Source of the DNA: Tubiluchus corallicola
Lineage: Eukaryota > Animalia > Priapulida
Length of the DNA stretch: 64,000 nucleotides
Assembly: GCA_030141605.1 (NCBI GenBank)
Contig: JAQGDQ010000063.1
Coordinates: 186,001 to 250,000 of the forward strand
Direction of reading: 5' to 3'
This document shows positions 13,329 to 26,172 of the stretch, in pieces. The first letter of the stretch is position 1; each line of letters begins with the position of its first letter. A model generated the notes under the pieces. That model saw only the letters and a program-made list of their open reading frames with translations. It was not told where the DNA came from and did not search any database. The position numbers and the translations under genes are program-made.

Positions 13329-16300
13329 ATGACTACTTGCAGTGAATTTATGAAGGAAAAGATGGCTGATGGAAGAGCCAAAAAACGAATCAGAGAAGCA
13401 AAGCGCAAAGCTAGGCCAGGTATTTGAAATAAATCAAACGTCAGCAGCATTTTTTATTAGGCACTATATCAAATACTGTTTATGTGCTCTGTATTGTTTA
13501 ATGTCCAGTATGGTGATTTGGTTAATTACTCCCAACGCTAGTGGAGTTGCAGATGAATCTATGTTTTGGCAATTGTAATGTCATGGGATATTGATTTATC
13601 AACTTAAGACTTTTGGTGCAAAACCTCTTGTTATGTGCACAGCTCTGATAAAGGTTGAAATTCACAAATGTCCTCTGATTCAGAAAATTTGGAGAATTTA
13701 TTTGGTAGTGTATGGTAATTTATGTTTGAGATCTGTGATTTATATCTGGCACATTTGTGATCTGAAGGTTGTGGCACTTTCATGTTGAGGAAAAATGTAT
13801 GTATTGTCTTGGTTGTATCCAGCATATCACATGTCTTTATTTTTTGAGGAACAAACTACATTAACATTCAAAGAATTCATCACTTTCTATAATTTTTCAG
13901 AATTGGAAGGTGGTCTTTGGGCATACATGAACTTCAGCAAAACTTTTGATCTAAGTTGGAATAATATCAAAGAGTCTGTGAACAGAGAAGATAGCAGAAC
14001 TCTAACTCTGGAAGTATTTAGAGAGCAGTATGAAAAGCCGTACAAACCGGTCGTGATTACCCATTGTACTGATCAATGGAAAGCCGAAAAAAATTGGACA
14101 CCTGAGGTAATGCAACGATTTGTGAGATTCTGGTTACTGTTCAGTAAAAATCCGAATGTTTCAAACTTTAAGCTGGGAAAATGTAGGCCGCACAAAAGAA
14201 GGCAATGAGAGAAGCAGAGAGAGGGAAAAATTGAACAACAAGAAAAGGAATAGTGTGAAAAATATTAGTGAAGTAGTACTTGTTATATGAAGCCTTGAAA
14301 TAATGTTTGTAATGTAAAATCTTGAAATAGCTTTTTGTGACATGAGTGCCTTGAAATAGTGCTTGTGATATGAAGTCTGCATAGTGTAATGTAGGCTCTG
14401 TAGTTACCCATTATACAGCCCTTACCCTTTAGCCAGGTGGTTGGAACCAAGTGTAATAACGTTATTTGTCACTCCTTAAATTGATAACATAATCTTCTGG
14501 CATTAATCCACATTCTGCATCGTTACCTGTATGCTTAACACTTATTGATCAGTCCTAGTAATACTCGCTTCTGATTGGCTGAGCCAGTGCTAAGTATGTT
14601 AGTTCATTGGTATCAAAAGTTATATCCCCACCATTGGTGCTACACTTTGCAGCCCATTTGATGTGGCAGGAGTGTGGTTTTCTACAGGGTTTGCCATGTA
14701 ACTTCGTAAAGTAATGTAGTTAGTAAGACTGGTATGCCCGTGGCAGTTCTTTACTTCTTAGTTTTGTTATTTAACTTTTATTTGATTTTGTTCACATTTA
14801 TATAGATTATGTTTAGGTAGTGAGACTGCCCAGTCACCTGTTTGGCAGGCTCAAATCGCCTCGTTTATATGCTTAAAATGCTCGATGTAGAAATACTTTT
14901 GTTACAACTAGTGCAGATGGGGCAGGCCTGACTAGATGTAAGGTAGTCACTGGAGATTCCTTGGCCGACAAAAAAGTTTACATAAAATTTTACTTTAAAG
15001 AGGGATCTGCCCACAAACTCCAGATAGTGGCTTCGCAGCTAGGGTAGTCTACAGGGGGCGCTACCACTTTAAGATGGTATTGGTTCTTGTGGGATTCTGT
15101 ATTAGCACTTGTCTGTTAATTCAGTTAAATGCCACATGACAATAATGCAACAACAATAATTATAGTATACTGTAATCCAATTTAATGACAAAACATTAGG
15201 TACGAAATTCAAAACGATGAAATACGTCATTAAAGCTCAATATATCGAAACAAAACATTGGCAAAAATATCAGAAAAAGTTATTGGGCAAAATCGTAAGC
15301 AAAATTAAGCAGTTAGCACCAAAAATAAACAGTGTTCATAATTAAACATATTATAATGACTTGACAATATTTTCATTGGAACATAAGCTAAACTAACCGT
15401 AACAAAATGTTCGTCTAAGGGCTTATCCTAAGACTAGCCACCCCTGGGGAAATGCTAGCAAATTAACAGGTTAAGAGTAACATTCAGGGCTGTGACGTCA
15501 CGTGTAAATCTGCAGCAACCAGGAAACATTTCATTACTAAACATTATGCATAATTTCAATGTCTGGCATGACTTCAACTCTTGTAGGCTCACGTTTATAT
15601 TGAACGTTCATCTCTTCAACTCGTGTAGGCTCATGTTTATATTGAACGTTCATCAATTGTCAATACCATTAGTCCATCTGTACCCATAACACACTGCATA
15701 GTAAGGCAAAGAATAAGTCAACTTACAGATCGGGATCCCGTGGAATAGTCTGAAGCTCTAGACACCTCAGTAAACTGCACTGGACGGTCCTGTCCTTCTC
15801 GTCTATCGCTCAACAGGTAGTCATCAGACCCACAAATACCCTCACCATAACATCGGGTGCTTAGGCCTCTGTTAACTATCCAAAATCATCACCCATCAAC
15901 TATGATGGTAGCAATCAAAAGTAGTAAAATGGATAGACATTTTCATTCAAAAGTTCAGCAAAACTGCCATTATGGAAAGCCTGACCTATGTAATGTTTTC
16001 AGGTCCAATACCAAAGCTCAGCTGTTTTCTACCTTGTACACCTGTATCGTGACAAGTTTTCTGGGTCACCTCTGCATTCACAAGTTGATCAGACGGCTTC
16101 ATATCGCGCAGAAAATTGAATGCTACAAACCAACCCGTAAAACTTTAAAACTTACATTCCTAAATCTTGGGTTTAAAGGGCAACTGAACTATTTATAATA
16201 CTTGTTTTTAGGTTTAATCGATAACATGGTTGTCATATTAATTATCATTATTGATAACATCATCATTACACTAATTTTCATCAAACTTTCTCGAGGATAA

Positions 16301-19237
16301 TAAACAGTATGCTACAACTGTATAAGGCCAGTACATGTGGCAAACTTGGTTTGCCAAAAATTATAATATTATAGAAATTTAACTTGAACTTGCATTTACT
16401 GGTGTTTTTTCATTTGCAGCGACTATCAAAGAAATATCGCAATCAGAAGTTTAAATGTGGCGAAGACAATGAAGGCTACAGTGTTAAGATGAAAATGAAG
16501 TATTATGTGCAGTACATGCAAAATAATCATGATGATAGTCCACTTTATATATTTGATAGCAGTTATGGAGAGGTGAGTCATGGAGAGGTTGATCTAGTCC
16601 TGATTGTGCTAAAGTTTCCATATTATTTGTAAGCTCTAAGATTTTTTTTTCAATTCATAATACGTTCTTTAACGCTAGAAGGACCATCTGCATTAGTTGA
16701 TGCCAACACATATTGTCTATTATAAATCGTCACAATGTGCTGACATCACAATAATAAACGTCAGTGTAAGTCTGTGGACGTACATTTTTGTATAGTTTTA
16801 ATTTGTATTCCATATTTTGCATTTTTGATGTTTATTTGTATTTTCTATTGTTTTAGTACACTCGGCCTGGCTCATTCTAGCTATCAAGTTTAAATAGTCT
16901 TATCTTATCTTATTTGCGAATGTAAATCAGCAAAATCTTTTCACGTCTTATTGCGAGCTACAAGCTTGTGGTCCGAACTTTCTTAAATGTCAACTCTCAG
17001 TAAGGCCACCAGACGACTTCTTTCAATTTGCTGCTCAGTGCAAGGGTTCTGGAAGCACTGCCAAATATGCTGTTAGATAAGTCATTATACTTGTACTGTA
17101 TAAATTGCTTCAATTGAATTTAGTTAATTTCCTGACAAATCATTGAATTACAATAAAACCTGACTGATAACTACTAGTTTTATTTTTGTATAGGAATGAA
17201 AACTTTCGTTGCGTCAATTGACGCATACCAGTCCTGCTAGGTAGTAAACTTTATGGTCCTTCTAGTGTTAAATTACATTTTTACTTTTAAGTGTGAATGT
17301 GAAAGTTTGAGATGTACCTTTGTTTCTAAATACACTCAACTCCAGTAAAGTTATAATCACAACCAAGGAGCGCAGAAAATTATTTGGAAAGATATAGCTT
17401 CAAATGCTTCAAGTTGTCATCATCTGCTGCAATGTTTAATCTGGTGTCATTACACATTTATATGTAAAACAAATTTCAATTATGTAACTTCTCTATGTTA
17501 ATAAATTTAAAAAATATACAAGGAAGAATATTAACATAAATTTTTCAATATAAGTAAAATTGTCAATTTTTTTTCCGCAAAAGTAAGTTTAGAAAGCTTC
17601 CTTTTTATTTCTAGTTTTTTCAGCTTTTTAAGATGTCTTATGTTTGAGGAATCACATTTTTGTATAAGACTTCCATGAAGAGTTTTTTGGATATTTTGTC
17701 GTAGCATCCAAAGAAAAAGAAGTTGCTCGAAGACTACAGTGTTCCGGAGTACTTTGAAGATGACTTGTTTCGTTATGCCGGGGAAAGGCGTCGTCCACCA
17801 TATCGTTGGTTTGTCATGGGTCCTCCTCGCTCTGGTACCGGTATTCATATTGATCCCTTGGGCACAAGTGCGTGGAACACTTTACTTACTGGGCATAAAC
17901 GGTGAGCAAATGATGGCAACATGTAACTGACCACTTTACTTAGTGGACATAAACTGTGAGCAAATGATGTATGGTATGTAACTCAATGTATATTGTGAGT
18001 TAGGTGCTTTGTGTAGAGTAAGAAGATTTGTTGTTGAACATTGGAAAGCAGTCTTGGCTGCTCAGTATATAAATGCTGTATGAAAGTAAACATGTGAGTT
18101 ATATTATGCATTATATAAATAATACATGTGAAATATACAAATGAATACAACATAGCTTGTGTATATTGTCTGGTGTATTGGTGAAGATGTCCTGTGAATA
18201 ACAGCTTTATAGTGTTAAAATTTTTGTTATTTAGCGTCTTCTCAGATGTTTTTCGTGTCAGATGCCTGTCAAAGAATTTCGTGTTTGGCCATAAATGAAT
18301 AAAATTCTGGAGGCAAACACCTTCCGTGAATTAACTAATGTCAGGACAAAATCTACAGTATATGTTATCGCATTAATGTTGGAACTACAAACTTATTTGC
18401 TTGTTACTGTTACTACAAATTTCAATTTACATTGTACAGGAAATTATGTTTCAATGTTTTAAGTAATTCAATTCATTAGTGTATTGTTATTATTTTTTAT
18501 TTATTTGTGCATAAAGAAGTACCTTAACACAACACAGACATATAGCACATTAGTAATATTTACAAAATTACATAATTAGTTACATATTACATATACATTA
18601 CACACCACAAATTAATACATCAAATAATAATATTTCAATAATAATAATAATACATTAAATCTCTACTCCATGTTTTGCAGATGGTGTTTGTTTCCTACGA
18701 ATTGTCCAAAAGAGATGCTAAAGGTGACTAGAGCAGAGGGAGGGAAAAATTCTGATGAAGCCATTGTATGGTTTAGTACACAGTACCCAAAAACACAAAC
18801 AAAAGATTGGCCCGAAGAGTTTAGGCCGGTGAGTTTTATTGCAACGTATGTAACTCTGAATGTAGTTAGATTACACAGTAATAATTTTTTTCAGGTGGTT
18901 ATGTTTCCTATGCTTACCTGTATCATTATATTAGTGTGTGTGAGTACTCTTTTCATTTGGTAGTGCTAATGTGTTTCAGGAAATTATGGTGCTAACTGAA
19001 AATTCTTAATTACAGCATTGCCGTCTATAGACAATAATGTATTCAAGGACTAAAAATCATTAATGATTTATTCATATTAAGGCCTTTAAAACGAACTATA
19101 CAATTATTTTGTGTGTTTATAGGTTCTGTTACCTATCTAAGTATGAATGACCAAAACTAGCAAAAATTAAATATTTATATAGTGTTAATCCTACAGTGTA
19201 AATGCAAATGAAATGCCTGGAGGCTCAGGTAATTGAC

Positions 19238-19290
<53 letters not shown>

Positions 19291-21036
19291 CCCTGATGGC
19301 AAATACTGCAATGAGTCTGATGCATGGTATACTTAAAATTTTTTTGTGTGCAGCTTTTTTATTTGGTGTGTGTAGCTTTTAATATGTTTTGTTGTTGCAT
19401 GTAATTAGTAACATTAGGATTTTGTGTGTTTGTGAAGTAATTTATCTTTTTTAATGTATTATAAATTATGACAATTTTAAAGCTGAAATAAAAGGTGAAT
19501 TGATTGCAGTGGGATCATGGAACAAACTCATGATTAGTTAAATTTTGAAACTAAACTTGAAAGGTAGGAAATGTGAAAGAGCTGAAATACAGCCTGGATT
19601 TGAACCAGGGACCTTCTGCATATATGGTAGAGCCACCATATTCTCCAATGATCAAGGCAGTCCAAGTTCATCTGTTATAGCTGGCAGCCAATTTCGTATC
19701 CAAATTGCCTCAATGTGTGCAGTAATAGTGGCAATAAATTTTGTCCTGGAGCCATGTGCCAGCATCTATATAGCCAATACAGTAAATATTACTAGTAGCT
19801 TAGATTTATGTTGAAACTTGTAATGTCAACAAAAAAACTGTCCGCTTTTGGCCAAAACTGTCGAAGAAATGGGTACAGAATATTAAAGGTATCTGTTTAT
19901 CATTCTGATGTGAATAAACTGTTAATTGATCGTTCAAATTGTTGAACTGTTAAAATTTTCATACTTTGTAAGGCTAGAAACATGGTTAAAATGAAACATT
20001 TGTTTCTTTTTGAACTTGTTAAGTGAAAAAAGGTGGAAAATATGTTAACTGGAAAGAGAATTGTTAAGAAAAAGAAATGGGAACTTGTTAAGCAATGAAT
20101 TTTGTTGTACATTTTGGTGTTTTGAAATGCAAAATTTTCTTTTCTAGTTAGAGGTGATACAGAAACCCGGTGAGACCGTGTTTGTACCTGGTGGTTGGTG
20201 GCATGTGGTGCTGAATTTAGATATGACAATTGCTGTCACGCAGAACTATGCTAGCATAGTAAACTTTCCCATCGTTTGGCACAAGACTGTCCGCGGTCGG
20301 CCAAAACTGTCGAAGAAATGGTACAGAATATTAAAGGTAACAAAACTCAATCTGTTTATCATTATGAATGAATAAATTCTTAGTTGTTCGTTAAAATTAA
20401 AAAGCAGTTGTTTAACTGATCAAAATTCTTTGAAGAAATCATATTTGCATTTATTTAAACAAAAATGTAATAAATTTTTAAAAGGAAGCTACTGCTAATT
20501 GTGCATTTGTATCTTGTAACAATATCAACGTTAATATGTCACTGGTTTATCTGTAGGAAAAGGTACCTGCTGTCGCCGCTGTTGCAGATTCAGTTAAATT
20601 AGACCAGAGTACTGGCTTCGCATCAGATAGTTCGAGTGCTTCTTCATCGTCATCATCGTCATCGTCATCATCCTGCAGTAGTTGCTCAGATTCTGATAGC
20701 AATGACAGTGGTCAAGAATCATTGCATGAGCACAAGAAAAAAAGGTATTTAAAAATGCTTAACAGTAATCTATAGTAGATTTTTAGAGTTATAAATTCGC
20801 TACATGTGTTGTTGTGTGTACAAGTTTCTGACAACTACCAATGCATTTAATTTTGCATACCAATGTATAATAATGACAATGTAATGATAATGGTAATGGT
20901 AATGATAATCGTAATTTCTGCATCAACATTTTTTTATATTAACGTATTTTATCTAACTTAAGAGTGTTCATTTTTTAGATATGTTGCTGAGAGGGAAGAA
21001 GCCCCATCTCCTAAACGCACAAAAATAACTAGTTGA
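13329..21036 (+). CDS. JMJD6: Bifunctional arginine demethylase / lysyl hydroxylase JMJD6 (PSR), spliced, 8 coding exons
   Basis: Exons: 13329 (or ATG 13362)-13419, 13901-14106, 16420-16572, 17705-17901, 18681-18828, 20148-20336, 20557-20744, 20979-21036. All introns are GT-AG with consistent phases. Motifs: [56 protein letters not shown] (HxD), [15 protein letters not shown] (third Fe ligand) and a poly-Ser C-terminal region. The start codon choice is uncertain. Confidence 0.96.
16673..17267. mobile_element. TTAA-flanked MITE (piggyBac-like) in JMJD6 intron 3
   Basis: TTAA on both sides; TIR CGCTAGAAGGACCAT / ATGGTCCTTCTAGTG. Confidence 0.75.
19239..19287. repeat. (AT)n microsatellite
   Basis: Seen directly. 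Confidence 0.95.
19580..19640 (-). mobile_element. tRNA-derived SINE head remnant
   Basis: Minus strand GCAGAAGGTCCCTGGTTCAAATCCAGG (B-box-like); a similar remnant lies on + at ~21480-21515. No full cloverleaf. Confidence 0.4.
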
Positions 21037-24000
21037 TGGAGTGGCGTAGACTTAGTGGATTTCATGCAAACAGTGAGGTAACATTTGGGATAAATGGAAG
21101 ATATTCAAGCACATTAACTGTTTTTAGAACTTTTCTGACAGCTGTTGCAGCTTGGGAGAATGTATTTAAGCTTGCTTATTATTTTGAGGATACGTTAGTC
21201 ATGTGCGAATAAATATTTTGTATAAATATCAAATGAAAAATTTATGTGCGTATAAATGGCTGTTTTGCAGTGATACTTTTCATCAAAAATTCAAGAATCT
21301 TTTTAGCTAATAGTAATTTGAGCTTCATTTGTAAGCTATAAGAAAGTTTGCAGTCTGTAGTTATTAAAGTTGATTTGATTTTGAAGAGATTGAAAGTTGG
21401 CAATGATCAGCCTATATTGAATAAATTGTTTTTTTTACTCTCATTCTTATTTAGTTGCCCAGGGGTCAGCAGCTTTGAAATGCAGAGGACCTGGGTTTGA
21501 GTCCCAGTGAAGGTGTAAAACTTATTTTATTATTATAAGTAGATTTACACAGTGAATTTTGACACTGTAATGTCTAAGCTTGTAGTGATAATGCAGAATA
21601 AACATCACTGCTTAATTAGTTAGGATTTAGCTTAATAACTCATAGCAGTGAATATCTCACATTCTGCTCACATTACTATAAAGGTTTCAGCTTTGAACAA
21701 CTTGACAAAACAAGATCATATTCCATGCACTGTATTTGCTCCAGGATGTTGTTAAAGCAATTCTGGTATAAAAGAAAAATCGTGAAAAAGTGCAGTAAGC
21801 TACAGTCCGCTCATTCTATTAGAACAGTATGTTATTTAAGCATTGCTGAATCACAGCAACAGAAATTCTTTACTTTTTCTCATTTGCATAATTATATTAT
21901 TATTAAATTCACTTGCTTACTGTGAATCTTTATTCTTCCAAAAATGAACTCGTTTTATATAAATAATGTGTGCTAGCATTAATAGCATAAAAGCTATTTA
22001 ACTTTGACATTAAATTAGTAAAATGTGGGAAGATCAGTTTTATAATATGCGTCGTATGGAACTTGCAAATCAGTGATGCGAATATGCCCACTTTCATTTA
22101 AAATTTACAAATTGTGTGCGATTGTTCCAACACAAGGCTATAACAATTTGTTCTCTTGAGTGAAATTTGTTCAACATTGACGAGAATACAGCCAGGGATT
22201 TGTCAGAGCATGGAAATGCAGTAGACTTGAAAACGAAACTAAACTTACGTTATCCTGAAAAGTAGAACTTGAATAAATTTATTGTAGCTTCATTTTATTG
22301 CACTGACCAAGATTTTTACAAAAACCTGCTAACAGTTATATTTATGAGCTCTGCATAACACTGTGCTACGTTTTTGTAGATGCTTTGTAGTTACGCATGT
22401 GTAGTAATTAGTTATGCTGCCAATGTTGGTGCCAATTAGGCGCCAATGTTGATTACATACATGTACATTGTATTTGCTATTTGCAATCAATGAAATTTTT
22501 ATACGGTGCATGTTTAAACAATTGTTTTGTTTTTCTTGAGTTAAAATGGCAACAAGTAGCTTGTCCAATTATTAAAATTATATTTCTTACATGATCACAC
22601 GTTACAACAGTCAGAAATGCAAATTTTTCTTGCATGAACTCCGTTTTCAACAAACACAAGGTTAATTCCAGTTCACCGACTTGCTTCAAATTGTAAGTCA
22701 ACCACATCAGAATAAAAAACATGAAATTGAACGTTAAATTGTTTTACAAAACATGTCAAAATAAACAATAAATTGTAAATGACATCTCTGCTTTTAGTAA
22801 TAAATTTAAGTAACAGATTTTTTTATTAAAAACTACATCATCTATGCTTGATTTAGTATTAAAAATGCATCACAGAAACAATTAGCACGGCATTAATTCT
22901 ATGAATTGTAATAAAAATACTAACCAGGTAAAGAAGTAAATTCACTCTGGTTAAAATACATTCAGAAAGCTCAAACTCGCCTGTTAATTAAATACGATGT
23001 AATCTAGTCTATAAGTTCTCAAATATTTTGCAAAATATTTTCACAGTTCCAGTGATTGATGATGATCGTTAAAAGGTCAAAGGTTAAGTGAACCAGACAA
23101 CGCATTTATGTACACATGCTTTACCCACATGTCACGAGATGGTTGTAGTTGAGACGCGTTGCTGTGGTACACTTAACAGTTGACCTACAGCAAATGCAGG
23201 CGTGCACAACGAAACTGTGAAAAGGCTTATTCACAGCATTCCTCAAGCAAATTCACTTTCAAGCAAATGTCATTGGCAAAACCAGACTATTAATAATGTA
23301 ATGTTATGATATCTAATAGTGCAATGCTCGGTAAGCAGGGACATCAAACTAGATTAGTAAATATAAATGAATTATCAGTTTTATAATGGGCAGATATCCA
23401 CTGGACTGTGTGATTTCACATTTAACACTATATGCATGCACCAAATGAAATCAATTAAAAGACAACAGCAATTGTACCAAAAATAATTCACAATAAAACT
23501 TAGCAAAATAACTAATATCATCATGGCATTTATACTGTATCAAAATTAATCGCAATTACTAAAATCTCAGACATATGAAGAGTGATCACCCGTGAATGTG
23601 AATAGTTTTTGCATTACAATCACTGCACTTGCACGATAATGGTACACAAGCAGATAATGCCAATGTGTAGCAAACAGCGAAAATGGCAGAAATTTTAAGT
23701 TCAAACTAAAAAATACGACAACAGCTCAGTAATTTACGTGTCTTATGTACGTAAATAATTAACTACATAATCGTCATCTTATGATCACATCAACTTGCAT
23801 CATCATCCACTCAAATGCAAATAGAAAAATGAACGCCAGGTTTCATGATAAAAACACAATGTATCACTCTAAAAATAATGACAGTCAACACTTAACAAAA
23901 GGTGCAAAATTAATTTAACTATACCATAGTGTATGTAACCAAATCATTACAAAGAATAAATGATTGTTATGATTTAGACATAAACATGACAGAGTATCAG

Positions 24001-24591
24001 AACAAACTGCATATATGACGAAAAAATATACAAAGTAAACATCTCACAGAGTCACAGCCAAACTTTAAAGCACAAGAAAACATGCTTCATAAATTAAACT
24101 TAAAAAGATATTCTTGAAATTTTATGTTACTTACATGCTATCTTATTGCATGCAGAGCTTTTGTATTAACAGTAAGTAGCATAAAACTTGTAAATTCAAA
24201 CTCCCACGATGGACGTTAAGATACAGCCATTTTAACGGAAAGTTGTTTGAAACAAGTGTAGATAACATTGTATAAAGTTTGAAACAATAATAAAAGCATT
24301 CATAGCACACTCTTTGTTAACCAAGCAAAAGTTTAAATACTTTTTATTGTCAATGAGATCAATGTGTTGTGGTGAATCACTGGTGCTCACCGGGATGGCA
24401 ATGCAGTGCCGTTTTACCATGCTGCATGAATACTTAAATTATTCAGAATTTTCCAATTATATAAGTCTTTTAAACAGGTAAGCATAATGCTAAGTAATAT
24501 AACTTTGTAAGGAAAGTTCTTTGGGATATGCTTTAAATCACCTTTTCCTTCCCGTTAAGTTTTAAAGTTGAATGGCATATTCACTGAGATA

Positions 24592-26172
24592 ATGTACATG
24601 TACAACGTCGAAGCCGATACGGCTAAATCAGTGCAAATCAGATGTCCATGAAACCATCTCTTATCCACGACTTGAACCTTCTTGCATATCCAAGCATCCG
24701 TCTTTCTTCATCGAGTTTTTCGGCACAGTTGTTGACTAGGGATCTCCATGCAGGACGGTCGTGAACTGCGAAAGGCAGCTTGTCCAACATTCCACCTTTC
24801 CTCAGAAAGAACTTCACCTTGTCCTTGAAGCGAAGGAGAGGACGACCAACACTGCGAGAGCCACTGGTTAGTTCTCCATGAAGAAGAGCCTTTGTCGGTC
24901 TCTTATCGTTCATTCTGACCACATGCCCAAACCACCGAAGTTGAGCCTTAGTAAGCGTAACCTCGATATCTTCCATCTTGGCACGAGCCAGCACGTCTTC
25001 GTTTGGCACATAGTCGTCCCAGCGAATACGAAGGATGTGACGCAGATGTCTCTGCTGAACCGCACGAAGAGACCTGACCTGATCTTGATAGAGCGTCCAC
25101 GTTTCCTGACCATAGGAAAGCTGCGGAATGATGCAATGCATGTACACCTGCAGTTTAGTGGCGATGGTAAGGTCATGGTTATCGAAGACACGTTTCCTCA
25201 TACGGCCGAAAGAGCTGGCTGCAGCATTAATTCTTGCATGAAGCTCAGTATCCAATCGAGTATCTGAGCAGATGTAACTTCCGAGATATTTGAACCGTTG
25301 CACACTTCCAAGCTGTTCTCCGTCAATGGTAAAATTGACACTGTCGCTAGAGCCGACACTCATTGTCTCAGTCTTCCTTTTGTTAATGCGCAGTCCCATT
25401 CTCTTTGCAGTTTCATTGTAAATGTCGATGAGATCCTGAAGGTCTTCCGGGTTGTCAGAGAAGATAGCTATGTCATCGGCATATTGCGCTTCACGCAGGA
25501 ACATCATTCGTGTCTTCGTCCTTGCTTTGAGTCGACGTAGGTCAAAAATGTCTCCATCATATCTGAATCGAACATGAATGCTCTTCGTCGAGCCAAGTCT
25601 GCCGAAGGCTACCTGCAAAAGGACTGCAGCGAAAAGTCCGAAAAGAGATGGAGCTAACTTGCAGCCTTGTTTCACACCGCTGTTGTATTCTACAGGATCA
25701 CTAAGCTGGCCATTGACAGAGAGACGCGCTAGCATATCAGTGTGTAGAGCTTTTACCATACTTGTAAATCGATCCGGGCATCCACACTTTGAAAGCACCT
25801 TGTACAGCAATTCGCGATTGACACTGTCAAAAGCCTTTGTAAAGTCGATAAAGGCAATATGCATTGATGTTCTATGCTCTCTCGTTTTCTCCATCAGCTG
25901 ACGAATCGTAAAAATACCATCAATGGTACTGCGATCCCGTCGATACCCTGACTGGGACTCTGGGTAGATACGCTCCAAAATCTTGTCCAGCCGAACGAGA
26001 AGAATGGTGCACTTGGGCAACTCTTGTCTGGCGCGTCCTAGACGCGGGGGTGGATGCTGCGGGAGCAGTAACTAAGTTCAGGCAAGGACCCAGTGGTGCG
26101 GGGTATAGCGCGCCACCCTTGGTCAGGGATACGACTGAAGTCCTCAACGGTTTGACAGGCGGATGAGGAATC
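24592..26172 (-). mobile_element. Young RTE-clade LINE, endonuclease absent, uninterrupted RT ORF (24638-~26005)
   Basis: 12-bp TSD TTCACTGAGATA at 24580-24591 and 26173-26184. Motifs PESQSGYR, FIDFTKAFDSV, GVKQGCKLAP, QYADD, FKYLGS, QLRWFGHVVRM, RSVGRPLLRFKD. Short 3'UTR ending TGTACATGTACAT. Confidence 0.93.

Noticed and set aside
19580-21515. tRNA genes at two B-box-like motifs
   Set aside because: No acceptor stem or D-arm could be formed; treated as SINE remnants.
24878-25901. Antisense and alternative-frame ORFs over the RTE
   Set aside because: Shadow ORFs of a GC-rich coding sequence with no recognisable motifs.
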